Virus record (IMG/VR): IMGVR_UViG_3300023214_000153
Coordinates: 1 to 42,435 of that record
Strand: one strand, 5' to 3'
DNA: 42,435 bases
Source of the DNA: a virus
Taxonomy: Duplodnaviria > Caudoviricetes
Part shown: piece after piece, positions 26,408 through 36,314 of the stretch
How positions within the stretch are numbered: position 1 is the stretch's first letter
Layout of the letters: the number at the start of each line of letters is the position of its first letter
Translations under genes and position numbers: made by a program
The notes under the pieces: model-generated
Told to the model about the DNA's origin: nothing
The model's input: only the letters and a program-made list of their open reading frames with translations
Database searches by the model: none

Positions 26408-27541
26408 ATGGGTACGCCCCGCCGCTACACGCCGATTGATGTGACGACGATCGAAGACCCGATCATGCGCGAGCAGCTCTCCAAGCTGAACGACTTCCTC
26501 GTGCAGATCGACACGCTCATCACGCCAAGCTTTGTGCAGCAATCGGAGGACTCGCCACGGTCATGGCAACGGCCGTGGGCCAATCCTGGCCCGCGGTACC
26601 CATCGCTCGACGACAACGGGCTCATGACGGTGGATGGAGACGTGACGGTGGATGGAGACGTGTCGATCACGGGTGATCTGTCGGTGGCCGGCGATGCGGA
26701 CATCACAGGTGACATGGAGGTTGGGTCGATCGACTCCAGCGGGTCGCTGTCGATCAGCACGATCACGCCGGCATCGGGTAACGATATCGCCATCGCCAAC
26801 GTGTCGGGCAGCGACCGGATCGTATGCAAGAACATATGGGCCGTTGCCAAGGCGCTCTTCTCTTCATCGAAGGGTATCACGTTGTCGTCGAGTAGCTACA
26901 CGGCTGGGAAGGTGCTGACGACGACGCCCGGGGACTCGGGTCAGGTGGACCTGGCCGAGTACGATTTTCTCGACGAGGACGACATGGCATCCGACGACGC
27001 CTCATCTCTGGCCACGCAGCAGTCGATCAAGGCGTACGTCGATAACGAGGGCTCCGAGCGCAAGATCGTGGTGCCGATGTATGCGCTTCGTTCCAACTTC
27101 ACGGTGGCGTCCCAGGGGCTCTACGGCAACTACGGGGGCTTCGAGTTCCCCGACTCCGGTACCGGCCGGCTGGTGGGCACCGTGATCTTGCCAAGCGCGG
27201 TGGGGACGAGGGACAAGATCAACGTGGAGCTTGTGCTCAAGCCGAGTGGCAGCCCGTCCGCTGGCGATCAGGTCCGGTTCAACGTCAAGCTCTACCCGAA
27301 GCCCGGGGACACCTCGGAGAACGACTTCACGTCGGACGCGGTGAGCCAGACGCTCGACTTCCACCTCGGGGCCAGCAACAACAACCTCCGTACCTATACG
27401 TTCAACTTCACGAGCATGAGCACCCTCGACGCCGACGACTGGGTGCTCGGGTGGTACGTGGAGCGGGAGCCGGGGCACGCAGACGACAACGTAGCGGATA
27501 CGGTATACTGGGTCGGCGGCCGTATCACGATCTTCTCGTAG
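26408..27541 (+). CDS. Tail fibre/needle-like protein
   Basis: TVDGDV/SITGDL hexapeptide shaft (18-bp duplication near 26625-26662), DEDDMASD..LATQQSIKAYVD fibre motif, C-terminal beta-sandwich. Confidence 0.7.
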   Translation: MGTPRRYTPIDVTTIEDPIMREQLSKLNDFLVQIDTLITPSFVQQSEDSPRSWQRPWANPGPRYPSLDDNGLMTVDGDVTVDGDVSITGDLSVAGDADITGDMEVGSIDSSGSLSISTITPASGNDIAIANVSGSDRIVCKNIWAVAKALFSSSKGITLSSSSYTAGKVLTTTPGDSGQVDLAEYDFLDEDDMASDDASSLATQQSIKAYVDNEGSERKIVVPMYALRSNFTVASQGLYGNYGGFEFPDSGTGRLVGTVILPSAVGTRDKINVELVLKPSGSPSAGDQVRFNVKLYPKPGDTSENDFTSDAVSQTLDFHLGASNNNLRTYTFNFTSMSTLDADDWVLGWYVEREPGHADDNVADTVYWVGGRITIFS

Positions 27542-27552
27542 GGGGGCCAGGC

Positions 27553-28101
27553 ATGGCGACACCCGGTTTCAAGTACCGCCAGTTCGCGCGGGACAACGCC
27601 TCCGCGTTCGGCCCCGAAGAGCTGGCCCGTACGATCAACTCCCTCATGCTGTACTTGCAGCGATCCCCCGCCTACGCGTCTCTGCTTGAGAACGCGGGCC
27701 TGGCCGGGAGCCAGGCGTCGACGAACCTTGAGCGGCGTCTCGCGCGCTCGGGTCTCGGTGGGTCCGGCGTGGGCGACATCGCGGGGGCGGTTGGGCAGTC
27801 GCTACCGACGCAGATGCGATCGGATGCGATCCTTCAGCTCTTCCAGATGGCCTCTCAGCTCGGGCAGCAGAACCTCGGCCAGCGGGCCACGATGTCGAGC
27901 TACTTTGCGAACAACCTGGACTGGCGCAGCGGCTGGGAGAAGGTTCTGCCAGCGCTCCTGTCTGGGGCTGCGTTGGCCAGCGGCAACCCGGCCATCGCGG
28001 GGGCCGTAAGGGGCGGCGGTTTGAAGGCCTTTGGGGGTGGGCAGCAGGCGACGCCGGCGCAGGCGTGGACGGCGCTCCAGGGCGCGGGGAGGCTGCCATG
28101 A
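27553..28101 (+). CDS. Candidate ejection (internal virion) protein
   Basis: G/A/Q-rich, LARSGLGGSG motif, hydrophobic C-terminal segment; position. Confidence 0.6.
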   Translation: MATPGFKYRQFARDNASAFGPEELARTINSLMLYLQRSPAYASLLENAGLAGSQASTNLERRLARSGLGGSGVGDIAGAVGQSLPTQMRSDAILQLFQMASQLGQQNLGQRATMSSYFANNLDWRSGWEKVLPALLSGAALASGNPAIAGAVRGGGLKAFGGGQQATPAQAWTALQGAGRLP

Positions 28102-29012
28102 CGATCACAGGGCCTCGTGGGGGTGGGCTCGCCGCGAGTCTGGCGCAGATCGCCGGGTCTGGCGTGCTGCCCTCGGCGGCGGAGATGGGTCGGGGCGAGG
28201 AGCCGCTGCCGCGCTACCTCCCGAGCCGGCTGCCCGAGCCGGAGCGGGCGGGCCCAGGGGCTCAGGCGCTCTCTCTCCTGCTTGCAGGCGTGGCCTCAGG
28301 GCTCATGAGTTCGCTCCGGCCCCTACAGATGGCCCAGCAGCAGATCGCTCAGCAGGGCGCGGCGCTGAACGAGACACGGCGTGTCAATACGATGCTGCGC
28401 AGCGAGGCGGAGCAGGAGCGGTACCGGACCGCTCAGGCCGAGCGTCGGGCCCGCCTGGCCGCCAAGGCCAGGGCCCCGGGCGTCGTGGCCGAGCGGGTGG
28501 GCGCGCTGAAAGAGGCCCGGGAGAGGGCCCAGAGGGCGAAGCAGGAGGTGGTCTACGAGCGTCGGATCGCCAGGCTGAACGCGGAGATCGACGCACTCCG
28601 GACGAGGATCGCCGAGGAGGGGTCGTCGGGAGCCATCCCCAAGATGACGGAGGAGGGGAAGGCGCACTTTAGGGACGGTCTGACGTGGATCTCCGAGGTC
28701 CTGGAGCCCATGCTCAAGCGGCGTATTAGCCAGGCCGTTGACCCCGCGGGGGGCCCAATCGACACGGAGTACACGTTCATCCCTCTCGATGAAACCGGGG
28801 CGCTGCAGGTGAGGCGCAAGGTGTCTTGGCGGGACGCTGCCGATCTCAAGTCTGACATCTACCGGTTTCTCGATGGGATCAACGATCCCGTTGCCAAGGG
28901 GCATCTTTCCAAGGTGTTCCGAGCACGCGTCTACCCGCTGCTCGACGAGTCGGACGAGCTGTTGATGGACCGTAGGCAGATGTATGAGTTCGGCGGACCC
29001 GGAGGCCAGTAG
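28098..29012 (+). CDS. Candidate ejection protein (coiled-coil)
   Basis: Hydrophobic segment followed by a long A/E/R/Q helix; position. Confidence 0.55.
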   Translation: MTITGPRGGGLAASLAQIAGSGVLPSAAEMGRGEEPLPRYLPSRLPEPERAGPGAQALSLLLAGVASGLMSSLRPLQMAQQQIAQQGAALNETRRVNTMLRSEAEQERYRTAQAERRARLAAKARAPGVVAERVGALKEARERAQRAKQEVVYERRIARLNAEIDALRTRIAEEGSSGAIPKMTEEGKAHFRDGLTWISEVLEPMLKRRISQAVDPAGGPIDTEYTFIPLDETGALQVRRKVSWRDAADLKSDIYRFLDGINDPVAKGHLSKVFRARVYPLLDESDELLMDRRQMYEFGGPGGQ

Positions 29013-29014
29013 CC

Positions 29015-32000
29015 ATGCCCGAGCCGTTGGATCGCATCCTGCAGTCGGTTCGCTACGTCACCGGCCTCAGCTCCGATGAGGACCAGCAGCCGCAGGATCG
29101 GATCGGCACGTCGCTCTCGGCCTACCTGACGGACCAAGAGCGCCGCGCCGTGCGGACCAATCGGGCGCAGCGCGCAGAGGGCCTGCAGGTGCGCGAGCTG
29201 TACCGTGGCTACCAGACCGATCGCCTCGACCGCAAGCACGACCCCGAGCTGGAGTCTGCGATCCACGAGTACATACTCGATGGGCTCCAGGCGGCCACCC
29301 CAGATCAACGGTCGAAGGCTATGTACGAGATGTTGAAGCACGGGATCAATGGGTTGCAGTTCGTGGGCGAACAGATGGACAAGTGGCTCCGGCTGTGGGG
29401 GTCTACCTTCGCGTTCGTCGATGGTCTGACGCGCCAGGAGAAGTACGAGAACGAGAACGTGCGCCAGGTGATGCGCCAGGGTCTCATGGAGAGCTGGCGG
29501 CTGGCGCTTGAGAGCGACCCCCGCGCCCCGACCATCGGAGAGTTCATCATCCCCCCGGAGGTGGCGGGCAATCCGCTCATCCCTGGATCGGATGTGTGGG
29601 GCGTCCGGGTGGCGGACACGGCCTCAAACCTCCGGGCCGGCAAGTGGTATCAGGTGCCCCTCGGCTACGTGATGACCCCGGCAGCGCTACTCGCGTCAGC
29701 ACGTCTCGGCCATACCCGCATCATCTTCGACATTGGCTTGGATCCGTCGACGTATCTCACGTTCGGCGTTGGGTTCGGAAGCAAGGCGACGGTCGGCACC
29801 GTTGGAAAGCTGCGGGAGGTCGCGCTCTCTGGCCGTGGACTCAGGACGCAGGCCGAGATACAGAGCGCCTATCTGCAGCGCGCAACCGACGTGATGAGGA
29901 AGCGCTATCGGCGGATGCAAGCCAGAGGCGAGTGGCATCCGCAGGTTGGCGGGCCACTCGACGAGGAAGGAAAGCTCCTTGTCGACGCGATGGAGCGGGC
30001 GCAGCGTGCGTCCACGATCCGCACGCGGCGCGTGCTCGATCAGCGGATCACGAACGACCCCACGCTCCTCGATCCTGGCGGCATCAAGTTCATGGGCCGC
30101 TCGCTTCTCTCCGGCGAGCGTGCGGGCGCGCCGGTACGCGCCGCCGTGGACGCCATCACGTCTCAGCGCCCGTTCTCGTCGGTCCATGCCTCCAAACTTG
30201 GGTTGTCTGCGCGCCGGGTCACCCGCGATGTCGACGCGTCGTTCAACGAGCTGGGCCGCGAGGTCCGTAGCCGCGCGGGTGCCGCGCACGCGAAGGCACA
30301 GGAGCGAGCGGTGGTCAGTCAAAGCTACGAGGCAGCGGCACGAGAGGTCAACCGCCTCACAACGAATGTGCCGGACGATGCGCTGGCCGACATCCACCGC
30401 TACATGCAATACCGTGTCAGCCAGCCGGAGAAGGCGGCCGAGCTCTACCCGCGGGTCCAGCAGTACAATGACGTCATCAACCGCGCAGACGACGTGCTTC
30501 ATAGCATGTTCTTGCGTGAGCGGTGGAAGCGTGCGGGGCACAACGAGCTGCCCGACTACACGCCGCATCTCTTCTCTGAGGACCCGGAGGACGTACGCCG
30601 GATCTTCGAGGCGATGGAGACGACGCTCTCCCCGCGGCAGAAGAGCGGCGGCAGCGTTGGTGCTACAGCAGACTTTGTGCACCACCGGATGTTCCCCGAC
30701 ATGGATGCGGCGGTAGAGTACGCGGCGAAGACCACCGGCCAGACGCTTACGCCGCGATGGAACATCCGCGAGGCGTTGCTACAGCGTGCCTCGCAGCACG
30801 CGCGCTTCATTGGCAGGACCCGGCGCGACGAGCTGTTGCTCCGCGACTGGGCGGTTACCGAGCACACCGTCAACCGCCTGTCGCTCGCCCGCGCGCTGCC
30901 TCGTCTCCGACGTGGGTTCTCGCGGCGGCTCGCCATTAGCGCCCCGGCCATGACGGATCGCGTGGGGGCGGCCCTCCGGGCACACGAGGCCGGGCAGGTG
31001 CCGCGGAAGCTCTTGAAAAAGATGCCAGAGGCCGAGCGCGCACTCTACCTATACGGCGCGATGGACAGCATCAAGAACTACGGAGACCTGGCGCGGTTCG
31101 TCGAGCGCCACGGCCGGTGGCTCGACGACATCGACAGCCGTACCATGACGAAGGTGCGCGAGGAGCTGGGCATTCACCGGGAGTCGTTCGCCGACGAGTT
31201 CGGCCGCGATTGGGTGAAGGTGGCTGACACACCGGAGAACGGCGTGATGGCCGGTGTACGGCTACCGATGGCGATGGTAGAGGACATCCAGGATATCGGT
31301 GGCTTCAACAAGCTGCCGACCGAGGTGCGCCGCGGGATCAGTCGGTGGGAACGGTATATCACCGACCCGTTCCGGCTCGGTACGACCGTTGTTTGGCCCG
31401 CGTTTGCTGCTCGCAACGCATACTCCGACTTCGATCAGATCCTTAGCGAGATCAGTCTCGCCGCGCTCAACCCCCGCAAGTGGAAGATGGCCACCGACAT
31501 CGTGCGCGGCAAAGGCCCGAACCTAGACATTGGCGGTATCAAGGCCCCGGCCGCCTACTTCCAGAACGAGATGTTTCGCCTCGGCGTCGTCAAGCAGTTC
31601 GGACAGCTCAGCGACCTAGCCGGCCATGACGTGTTGTTCAAGAAGTGGATGACCTCGGACGTGGAGACGGTGCCGTGGCGGTCCGGCCAAGGCGTGATCC
31701 GCGCCATCACGGCCCCGCCTCGTAGCCTGGCCCGTGCCCAGACGTTCCGGGAGAACCAGTTTCGTACCTTCCTCTGGACGCACTACGTCTCTCAGGGCGT
31801 ATCGCCGGAGGTGGCCGCCGCGCGCGTCAACGACATCATGTTTGATTACCAGTCGTTGAGCAAGGTGGACCGCCAGGTCAAGGTAGCGGTCCCGTACTGG
31901 ACGTGGAGCAAGAAGAACTTCGCCCTACAGGCCGACCGGTGGCGACGCCGGCCAGGCGTTCAGGCCGCCCACGTCAAGGCGCTCTCGCAGGACTACGGGC

Positions 32001-32548
32001 CCGACGAGGCGTTCCTGCCCGACTACATGAGCGGCAAGCTCAAGGTGGGTGTCGAGCGCGACGGGAAGCGGTACTTCCTGAGCGGCATCGACCTGCCGAT
32101 ATCCGCGGCGATGGACCTGTCGCTCGCCGGCAATATGAGTGAGCTGGCGAAAAACTGGTTTAGCATGTTGCATCCGGTCCCATCGACGATGCTCGAAGCG
32201 ATGGTGTTCCAGAAGGACGCGTTCACCGGTGCCCCGGTCCCGATGACCAAGGTGGCGAGCCATATAGCGATCAAGGGGTTCTTTCTTTCTCGCGCCGTGT
32301 CCACTGCACGCCGGTTCAACGAGTACCTGGACGACCCTCACGAGCTGTTTTCACTTGCCGCCGCGTTAGACATGCTCGGGGGCTTCCGGCTTCAAGAGTT
32401 CGACCTTAACGACCGCGAGGCGGCGGTGGCATGGCGCAACGTGCGGTTGCTCCGTGCGCGGATGGAGAAGATGGAGGGGATCCCCGGCGGTACGAAGCGA
32501 TACGAGAAATGGTACATACCGAAGAAGAAGCGGGAGGCCGCGGAGTGA
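29015..32548 (+). CDS. Large internal virion/DNA ejection protein (1177 aa)
   Basis: Size, helical composition, LDPSTY, FAARN, FDYQSLS..VPYWTW patterns; last structural gene. Confidence 0.7.
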   Translation: MPEPLDRILQSVRYVTGLSSDEDQQPQDRIGTSLSAYLTDQERRAVRTNRAQRAEGLQVRELYRGYQTDRLDRKHDPELESAIHEYILDGLQAATPDQRSKAMYEMLKHGINGLQFVGEQMDKWLRLWGSTFAFVDGLTRQEKYENENVRQVMRQGLMESWRLALESDPRAPTIGEFIIPPEVAGNPLIPGSDVWGVRVADTASNLRAGKWYQVPLGYVMTPAALLASARLGHTRIIFDIGLDPSTYLTFGVGFGSKATVGTVGKLREVALSGRGLRTQAEIQSAYLQRATDVMRKRYRRMQARGEWHPQVGGPLDEEGKLLVDAMERAQRASTIRTRRVLDQRITNDPTLLDPGGIKFMGRSLLSGERAGAPVRAAVDAITSQRPFSSVHASKLGLSARRVTRDVDASFNELGREVRSRAGAAHAKAQERAVVSQSYEAAAREVNRLTTNVPDDALADIHRYMQYRVSQPEKAAELYPRVQQYNDVINRADDVLHSMFLRERWKRAGHNELPDYTPHLFSEDPEDVRRIFEAMETTLSPRQKSGGSVGATADFVHHRMFPDMDAAVEYAAKTTGQTLTPRWNIREALLQRASQHARFIGRTRRDELLLRDWAVTEHTVNRLSLARALPRLRRGFSRRLAISAPAMTDRVGAALRAHEAGQVPRKLLKKMPEAERALYLYGAMDSIKNYGDLARFVERHGRWLDDIDSRTMTKVREELGIHRESFADEFGRDWVKVADTPENGVMAGVRLPMAMVEDIQDIGGFNKLPTEVRRGISRWERYITDPFRLGTTVVWPAFAARNAYSDFDQILSEISLAALNPRKWKMATDIVRGKGPNLDIGGIKAPAAYFQNEMFRLGVVKQFGQLSDLAGHDVLFKKWMTSDVETVPWRSGQGVIRAITAPPRSLARAQTFRENQFRTFLWTHYVSQGVSPEVAAARVNDIMFDYQSLSKVDRQVKVAVPYWTWSKKNFALQADRWRRRPGVQAAHVKALSQDYGPDEAFLPDYMSGKLKVGVERDGKRYFLSGIDLPISAAMDLSLAGNMSELAKNWFSMLHPVPSTMLEAMVFQKDAFTGAPVPMTKVASHIAIKGFFLSRAVSTARRFNEYLDDPHELFSLAAALDMLGGFRLQEFDLNDREAAVAWRNVRLLRARMEKMEGIPGGTKRYEKWYIPKKKREAAE

Positions 32549-32850
32549 ACGGCAAGGCGACGGCGGAGTGGGCGAAGATCATCCTTGTCCCGGCACTGGT
32601 GGCGTCCGCCGCGATTGTTACGGACCGCGCAGTGTTCGCCAAGGACATCGAGCATGCACGCCATGAGCGAGAACAGCTGACGGCAGCTACGAACAACCTC
32701 ACGACAGCTCTCCGCGACTTTCAGGTCATCGTCAACGACTACAACACACAGCGGGCCGTCCGTGTAGATGATCGGTTCCGTGAGCTGGAGTCCGCTTTGT
32801 CCCAGCTCAGTCGCGAGGTAGGGGAGCTCGGAGCGAGGATAGAACCATGA
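32545..32850 (+). CDS. N-anchored membrane coiled-coil protein (holin/spanin-like)
   Basis: GTG overlapping the upstream stop; IILVPALVASAAIV then a heptad helix. Confidence 0.55.
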   Translation: MNGKATAEWAKIILVPALVASAAIVTDRAVFAKDIEHARHEREQLTAATNNLTTALRDFQVIVNDYNTQRAVRVDDRFRELESALSQLSREVGELGARIEP

Positions 32851-33131
32851 GACGTTTCGCAGAGGTGGCGGCGGTGTGCGTGTGCGTGGTGGCGCTCGTC
32901 CTGGCGGTATCGCCGACACTGGCTCAGTGGGATGGCGCGGAGAAGGCGCCGGCGGATACGATCCCGATCCGGTTCCAGGAGCTTCCGCACGGTGGGCGCA
33001 TCGTGTGGTTTCTCTGCCAGGTGCGTCCGCTGGGCTCCTTGGACTCACCGGTTCGGGTAGAGGTGGGGTTTGGCGAGTCGCAACTGCAGGCGCTTCTCGA
33101 CTCGTTGGGTGTTGAGACGGGGGTGCAATGA
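32847..33131 (+). CDS. Signal-peptide-bearing small protein
   Basis: MRRFAEVAAVCVCVVALVLAVSPTLA-Q. Confidence 0.6.
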   Translation: MRRFAEVAAVCVCVVALVLAVSPTLAQWDGAEKAPADTIPIRFQELPHGGRIVWFLCQVRPLGSLDSPVRVEVGFGESQLQALLDSLGVETGVQ

Positions 33132-33304
33132 TGGAGCAAACAGCTAGTGGGTTCGTGACGTGGGTATCGTCGCACTGGACGGAGGTGGCGATCATCCTGG
33201 TCATGGCGGCGGACAAGATCGCGAAGCTGACGCCGACGAAGGCGGACGATTTCGTGGTCGACATCCTACTTGGCGGGATCCGGCGGAAGGGGGCGAAGAC
33301 ATGA
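33128..33304 (+). CDS. Small membrane protein, holin-like (58 aa), not in the ORF track
   Basis: MMEQTASGFVTWVSSHWTEVAIILVMAADKIAKLTPTKADDFVVDILLGGIRRKGAKT; LTPTxxDD motif; ATGA overlaps on both sides. Confidence 0.7.
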   Translation: MMEQTASGFVTWVSSHWTEVAIILVMAADKIAKLTPTKADDFVVDILLGGIRRKGAKT

Positions 33305-33744
33305 TGCGACGGATATTGCTGCTGCTCCTGGCGGCGCTGCTCCTGCCGTGCTGGGCCCATGCAGGTGCGACGTACCTCGGGGTCCAGGGCGGCGGGATCT
33401 TCGGCGAGGAGGACTTCGACGCCGAGGGCGCGGTCCTGACCGGGGACGTGGGCTACCTCTTCAAGATGGGCCTATGGCTGGAGTACGAGGGCGGCGGCGT
33501 CGGGGAGGACTTCGACGATCACTCGTGGTCCAGGGTGGGCTACGAGGTGATGCGTCGCGGCGCGTCCAGCGTGCTCGCGGGGGCGATGAAGCTCGATTTG
33601 ACGGACGAGGATGCGGGCTACGGTGGGTGGGCGTCGCTTCTGTACCGGGTGACGAACGGGACGGCGTTACGGCTCACGGCCGAGAAGGCGGAGAGCGTTG
33701 GGGTCCGGGTGGGGTGGTACGTCACGAAACAGGACTCTCGCTAA
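33301..33744 (+). CDS. Putative small outer-membrane beta-barrel protein
   Basis: MMRRILLLLLAALLLPCWAHA signal; alternating strands YLGVQGG, GDVGYLF, RVGYEV, SLLYRV, VGVRVGWYV. Confidence 0.65.
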   Translation: MMRRILLLLLAALLLPCWAHAGATYLGVQGGGIFGEEDFDAEGAVLTGDVGYLFKMGLWLEYEGGGVGEDFDDHSWSRVGYEVMRRGASSVLAGAMKLDLTDEDAGYGGWASLLYRVTNGTALRLTAEKAESVGVRVGWYVTKQDSR

Positions 33745-33808
33745 AGAGGCGACGGCACGCCAGACTCGGTGCCGCCGCCACGGTAGAAAGAGCCCCCGCC
33801 CCCGGCTC
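33743..33808 (-). terminator. Two stem-loops between the convergent operons
   Basis: ggcgacggcac/gtgccgccgcc (33748-33779) and gagcc/ggctc, each followed by a short T run on the minus strand. Confidence 0.55.
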
Positions 33809-33812
33809 ACCA

Positions 33813-34049
33813 TCACTGCTCGGCGGTGTCTCCGTCTGTCGGGGACGAGGGCAGAAGAATCTCCCCGATCGAGTCTCGGGCGCTGATGAGGTGGTAGCGG
33901 ATCTTGGCGTAGTCGGTGTCGGACATCTGTCCGAGATCGCGGCGCGGGCCCAGCACGCGGCCCACGCGGAGCCACGCTCTCGTCGCGTCCTTCTTTGACT
34001 GCTCAAGAGCCGTCCGATCAGCCTGCGTCAGCTTCATTCGATCCTCCAT
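33813..34049 (-). CDS. Hypothetical protein
   Basis: 78 aa helical ORF; true start may be 34037 (MKLTQ). Confidence 0.6.
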   Translation of the reverse strand: MEDRMKLTQADRTALEQSKKDATRAWLRVGRVLGPRRDLGQMSDTDYAKIRYHLISARDSIGEILLPSSPTDGDTAEQ

Positions 34050-34311
34050 GTTTAGAAACCAGCTTCTCGACTTCGATCAGCAGTTCCTCGATCAAGGTCT
34101 TGGCGATGACGAGCTGATCGCGCACCACGGCATCACCTCGTCGTGGAGCTTCACGAGCTGCTCCTTCTTCGCCGATCGCCAGCGCGGCCGCGACGAGGGC
34201 CTCGGCGACCAACGCCCACGTCTCGGGCATGAGCACCATGAGCGCCTCCTGAAGCTCGGCCACGGTCATCTGCCAGGCGGGGCCTTCGTCCAGCCCCGGC
34301 GTCGTGGTCAT
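34018..34311 (-). CDS. Hypothetical protein
   Basis: GAGGGGGG RBS; MTTTPGLDEG... Confidence 0.6.
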   Translation of the reverse strand: MTTTPGLDEGPAWQMTVAELQEALMVLMPETWALVAEALVAAALAIGEEGAAREAPRRGDAVVRDQLVIAKTLIEELLIEVEKLVSKHGGSNEADAG

Positions 34312-34420
34312 CGTGCGCCCCCCTCTGCGAAGAGTGCGGGGGCGTATTTGTATCCGCCCAGCCCCCGCGTAGGGCGGTCCGTCCGACAGAGGCCAACAGG
34401 GAGGTAAAACCCCTGCCGGA

Positions 34421-34870
34421 TCAGAACGGGAGATCGTCGTCGGCGCCCGCGAACATGCTCGTAACATCATCGTGCGGGGGCTTGTGGTGCGCCGGCTCCT
34501 CCTCCGAGTCGCCAGCCTTGCCATCAGCCGTGGGCCGGCCGAGCAGCACGAGCGACTGCACCACGACCTCGGTCGTCCATCGGTCCGACCCCCCCTTGTC
34601 CTGCCATTTCCGGGTCTGGAGCCTACCCTCGATGTAGATCGTATCCCCTTTGGCCGTGTGCTGCAAGAGCGTCGTCGCGTACGGGCCCCAGGCCACGACC
34701 CGATGCCAGGATGTGACGGTCTTCCACCCGCCGCTGGCCTTGTCCTTCACGGGCTCGTTCGTGGCGATCCGCACCGACACCACCGTATTGCCGTTCTGGG
34801 TGGTGCGCGACTCGGGGTTCTGGCCGAGGTTGCCGAGCAGAATGACCTTGTTCACGCCGCGGCTTGGCAT
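34421..34870 (-). CDS. ssb: Single-stranded DNA-binding protein
   Basis: VNKVILLGNLGQNPE, WHRVVAWG, KGDTIYIEGRLQTRKWQD, C-terminal DDDLPF. Confidence 0.97.
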   Translation of the reverse strand: MPSRGVNKVILLGNLGQNPESRTTQNGNTVVSVRIATNEPVKDKASGGWKTVTSWHRVVAWGPYATTLLQHTAKGDTIYIEGRLQTRKWQDKGGSDRWTTEVVVQSLVLLGRPTADGKAGDSEEEPAHHKPPHDDVTSMFAGADDDLPF

Positions 34871-34886
34871 GCGTCGATCTCCTTTC

Positions 34887-35729
34887 TCACGCGGCCGTCA
34901 CCGCGTCGCGTACACGACTCACGTACGCCTTGATGATCTTGATGCGAAGATGTTCGGCGTGCAGAGATGCCAGATTCCCAGGGTCTGCGCCGGACTCCTC
35001 GTGCTTTTTCGTCATCAGCATGTCCACCTGCCGGATCCACGACCACACGCGGTTCTTGCCGTCCTCGGTGTCGTACGTCGGCATTGCGCGCCGCCAGGTC
35101 ACGTTCCACTCCTCCCGGTCGGGCTTGCCCCAACCAATCGTGTCGTCGAGCCAGGGCGGCTCCGTACCGTCGTCGATCACGGCCGTGAGCTCGGCGAGGC
35201 GGGTGTCGATCAGCTCTTGCTCGGCGCGCTGGGTGGTCTGCTTGAGGCGAGCGGTCTCGGCGGCCTGTCGATCGTTGACGTACTTGTTGTCGTCGAAGAG
35301 CCCGAGATGGACATCCGCCCCAATGCCCACGAGCACGGCACACTTGCTGAGACAGTCGGTGATCGACTTCTTGGGTGCCTCCTCGTCGGTGTGGACGCCT
35401 GTCCGGTTCTCTAACACGTACATGGTCTGCCCGAACTGCGGGCCCGTCGAGTGCCACTCGTCCGCGTTCCGGTAGTCGATGTGGCCGCGGACCACGTGCA
35501 CGCGAGCGCGGTCTCCGTTTGACAGGGTGTGCCCTTCATCGACCCGCTCCTCTTCGACCACAAACCGCCAGCCGATGCCACATGGCCCGAATGCCTCGGT
35601 GAGTCGCCGGATGATGTAGGTGCCGTTGATTGCGGTTCCGGCGAACCCGCCGGGCCGGCGGAAGCTCTTGCAGTGGGCGGGGTCGGTCTCGCAGAGCCGG
35701 TTCCAGAGATCGAGGTTGGTTCCGTTCAT
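34887..35729 (-). CDS. Rad52/22-family (Sak-like) single-strand annealing recombinase
   Basis: LTEAFGPCGIGW and EEAPKKSITDCLSKCAVLVGIGADVHLG motifs; adjacent to ssb. Confidence 0.82.
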   Translation of the reverse strand: MNGTNLDLWNRLCETDPAHCKSFRRPGGFAGTAINGTYIIRRLTEAFGPCGIGWRFVVEEERVDEGHTLSNGDRARVHVVRGHIDYRNADEWHSTGPQFGQTMYVLENRTGVHTDEEAPKKSITDCLSKCAVLVGIGADVHLGLFDDNKYVNDRQAAETARLKQTTQRAEQELIDTRLAELTAVIDDGTEPPWLDDTIGWGKPDREEWNVTWRRAMPTYDTEDGKNRVWSWIRQVDMLMTKKHEESGADPGNLASLHAEHLRIKIIKAYVSRVRDAVTAA

Positions 35730-36026
35730 GTGATCTCCCTTTTTAGCTTTCGCGCGCTCGGTATCCGTAATCGTCACTTGACACCCCCGTAGACACTGGC
35801 AAGGAACAGGAACGCGCCGAGGATGCAGCCTACGAACGTCGCGCCCATCACACCCTCTAGGCACTCGGCATCCTCGCGGGTCGTGTCGGCACCGTAGAAC
35901 CGGCGCAGCCCGCGGAGTGTTCGGTTAGTCATTGGCGGTGCTCCCCTCATCGCGTCATGGAAAACCCCCGATGAGGCCGGCGCGCCGACGCTGGCGTACG
36001 CGCCAGTCCACCGGGGGGGGCGAAGA

Positions 36027-36314
36027 TCATACCTCCCGCGCCTCGGCGCTCAGAGCCTCGGCGGCTTGCCGCGCCTCGGGCTCACGAGCGGCGGTGCGGC
36101 GACGCGCAGCATCGCCAGCGGCGATCCATAGGGCGAGCGCCCGGTCCCGTGCCGCCTCCAGGTCGGTAGCGAGGTAGGACACCCAGCGCGGGCCCCTGTC
36201 GTCGATTTCGAGCTCGTGGTAGATGAGGAGGTGCCCGTCTTCTGTGGCGGTCACGGTCATGTCTTCGGTAACCCACTGGCAGAGGTGATCGCCCGTGATG
36301 CGTCGTACGCTCAT
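36027..36314 (-). CDS. Hypothetical protein
   Basis: ATGA-coupled; MSVRRITGDHLCQW... Confidence 0.55.
   Translation of the reverse strand: MSVRRITGDHLCQWVTEDMTVTATEDGHLLIYHELEIDDRGPRWVSYLATDLEAARDRALALWIAAGDAARRRTAAREPEARQAAEALSAEAREV

Noticed and set aside
26625-26710. 18-bp duplication as a regulatory repeat
   Set aside because: In-frame TVDGDV units typical of fibre shafts
22244-27541. Diversity-generating retroelement targeting the tail genes
   Set aside because: No reverse transcriptase and no template/variable repeat pair with adenine-specific mismatches seen
34336-34415. Structured ncRNA downstream of ssb
   Set aside because: Only short GC stems (gcgggggc/gcccccgc, caggg/ccctg); not enough to call without covariation data
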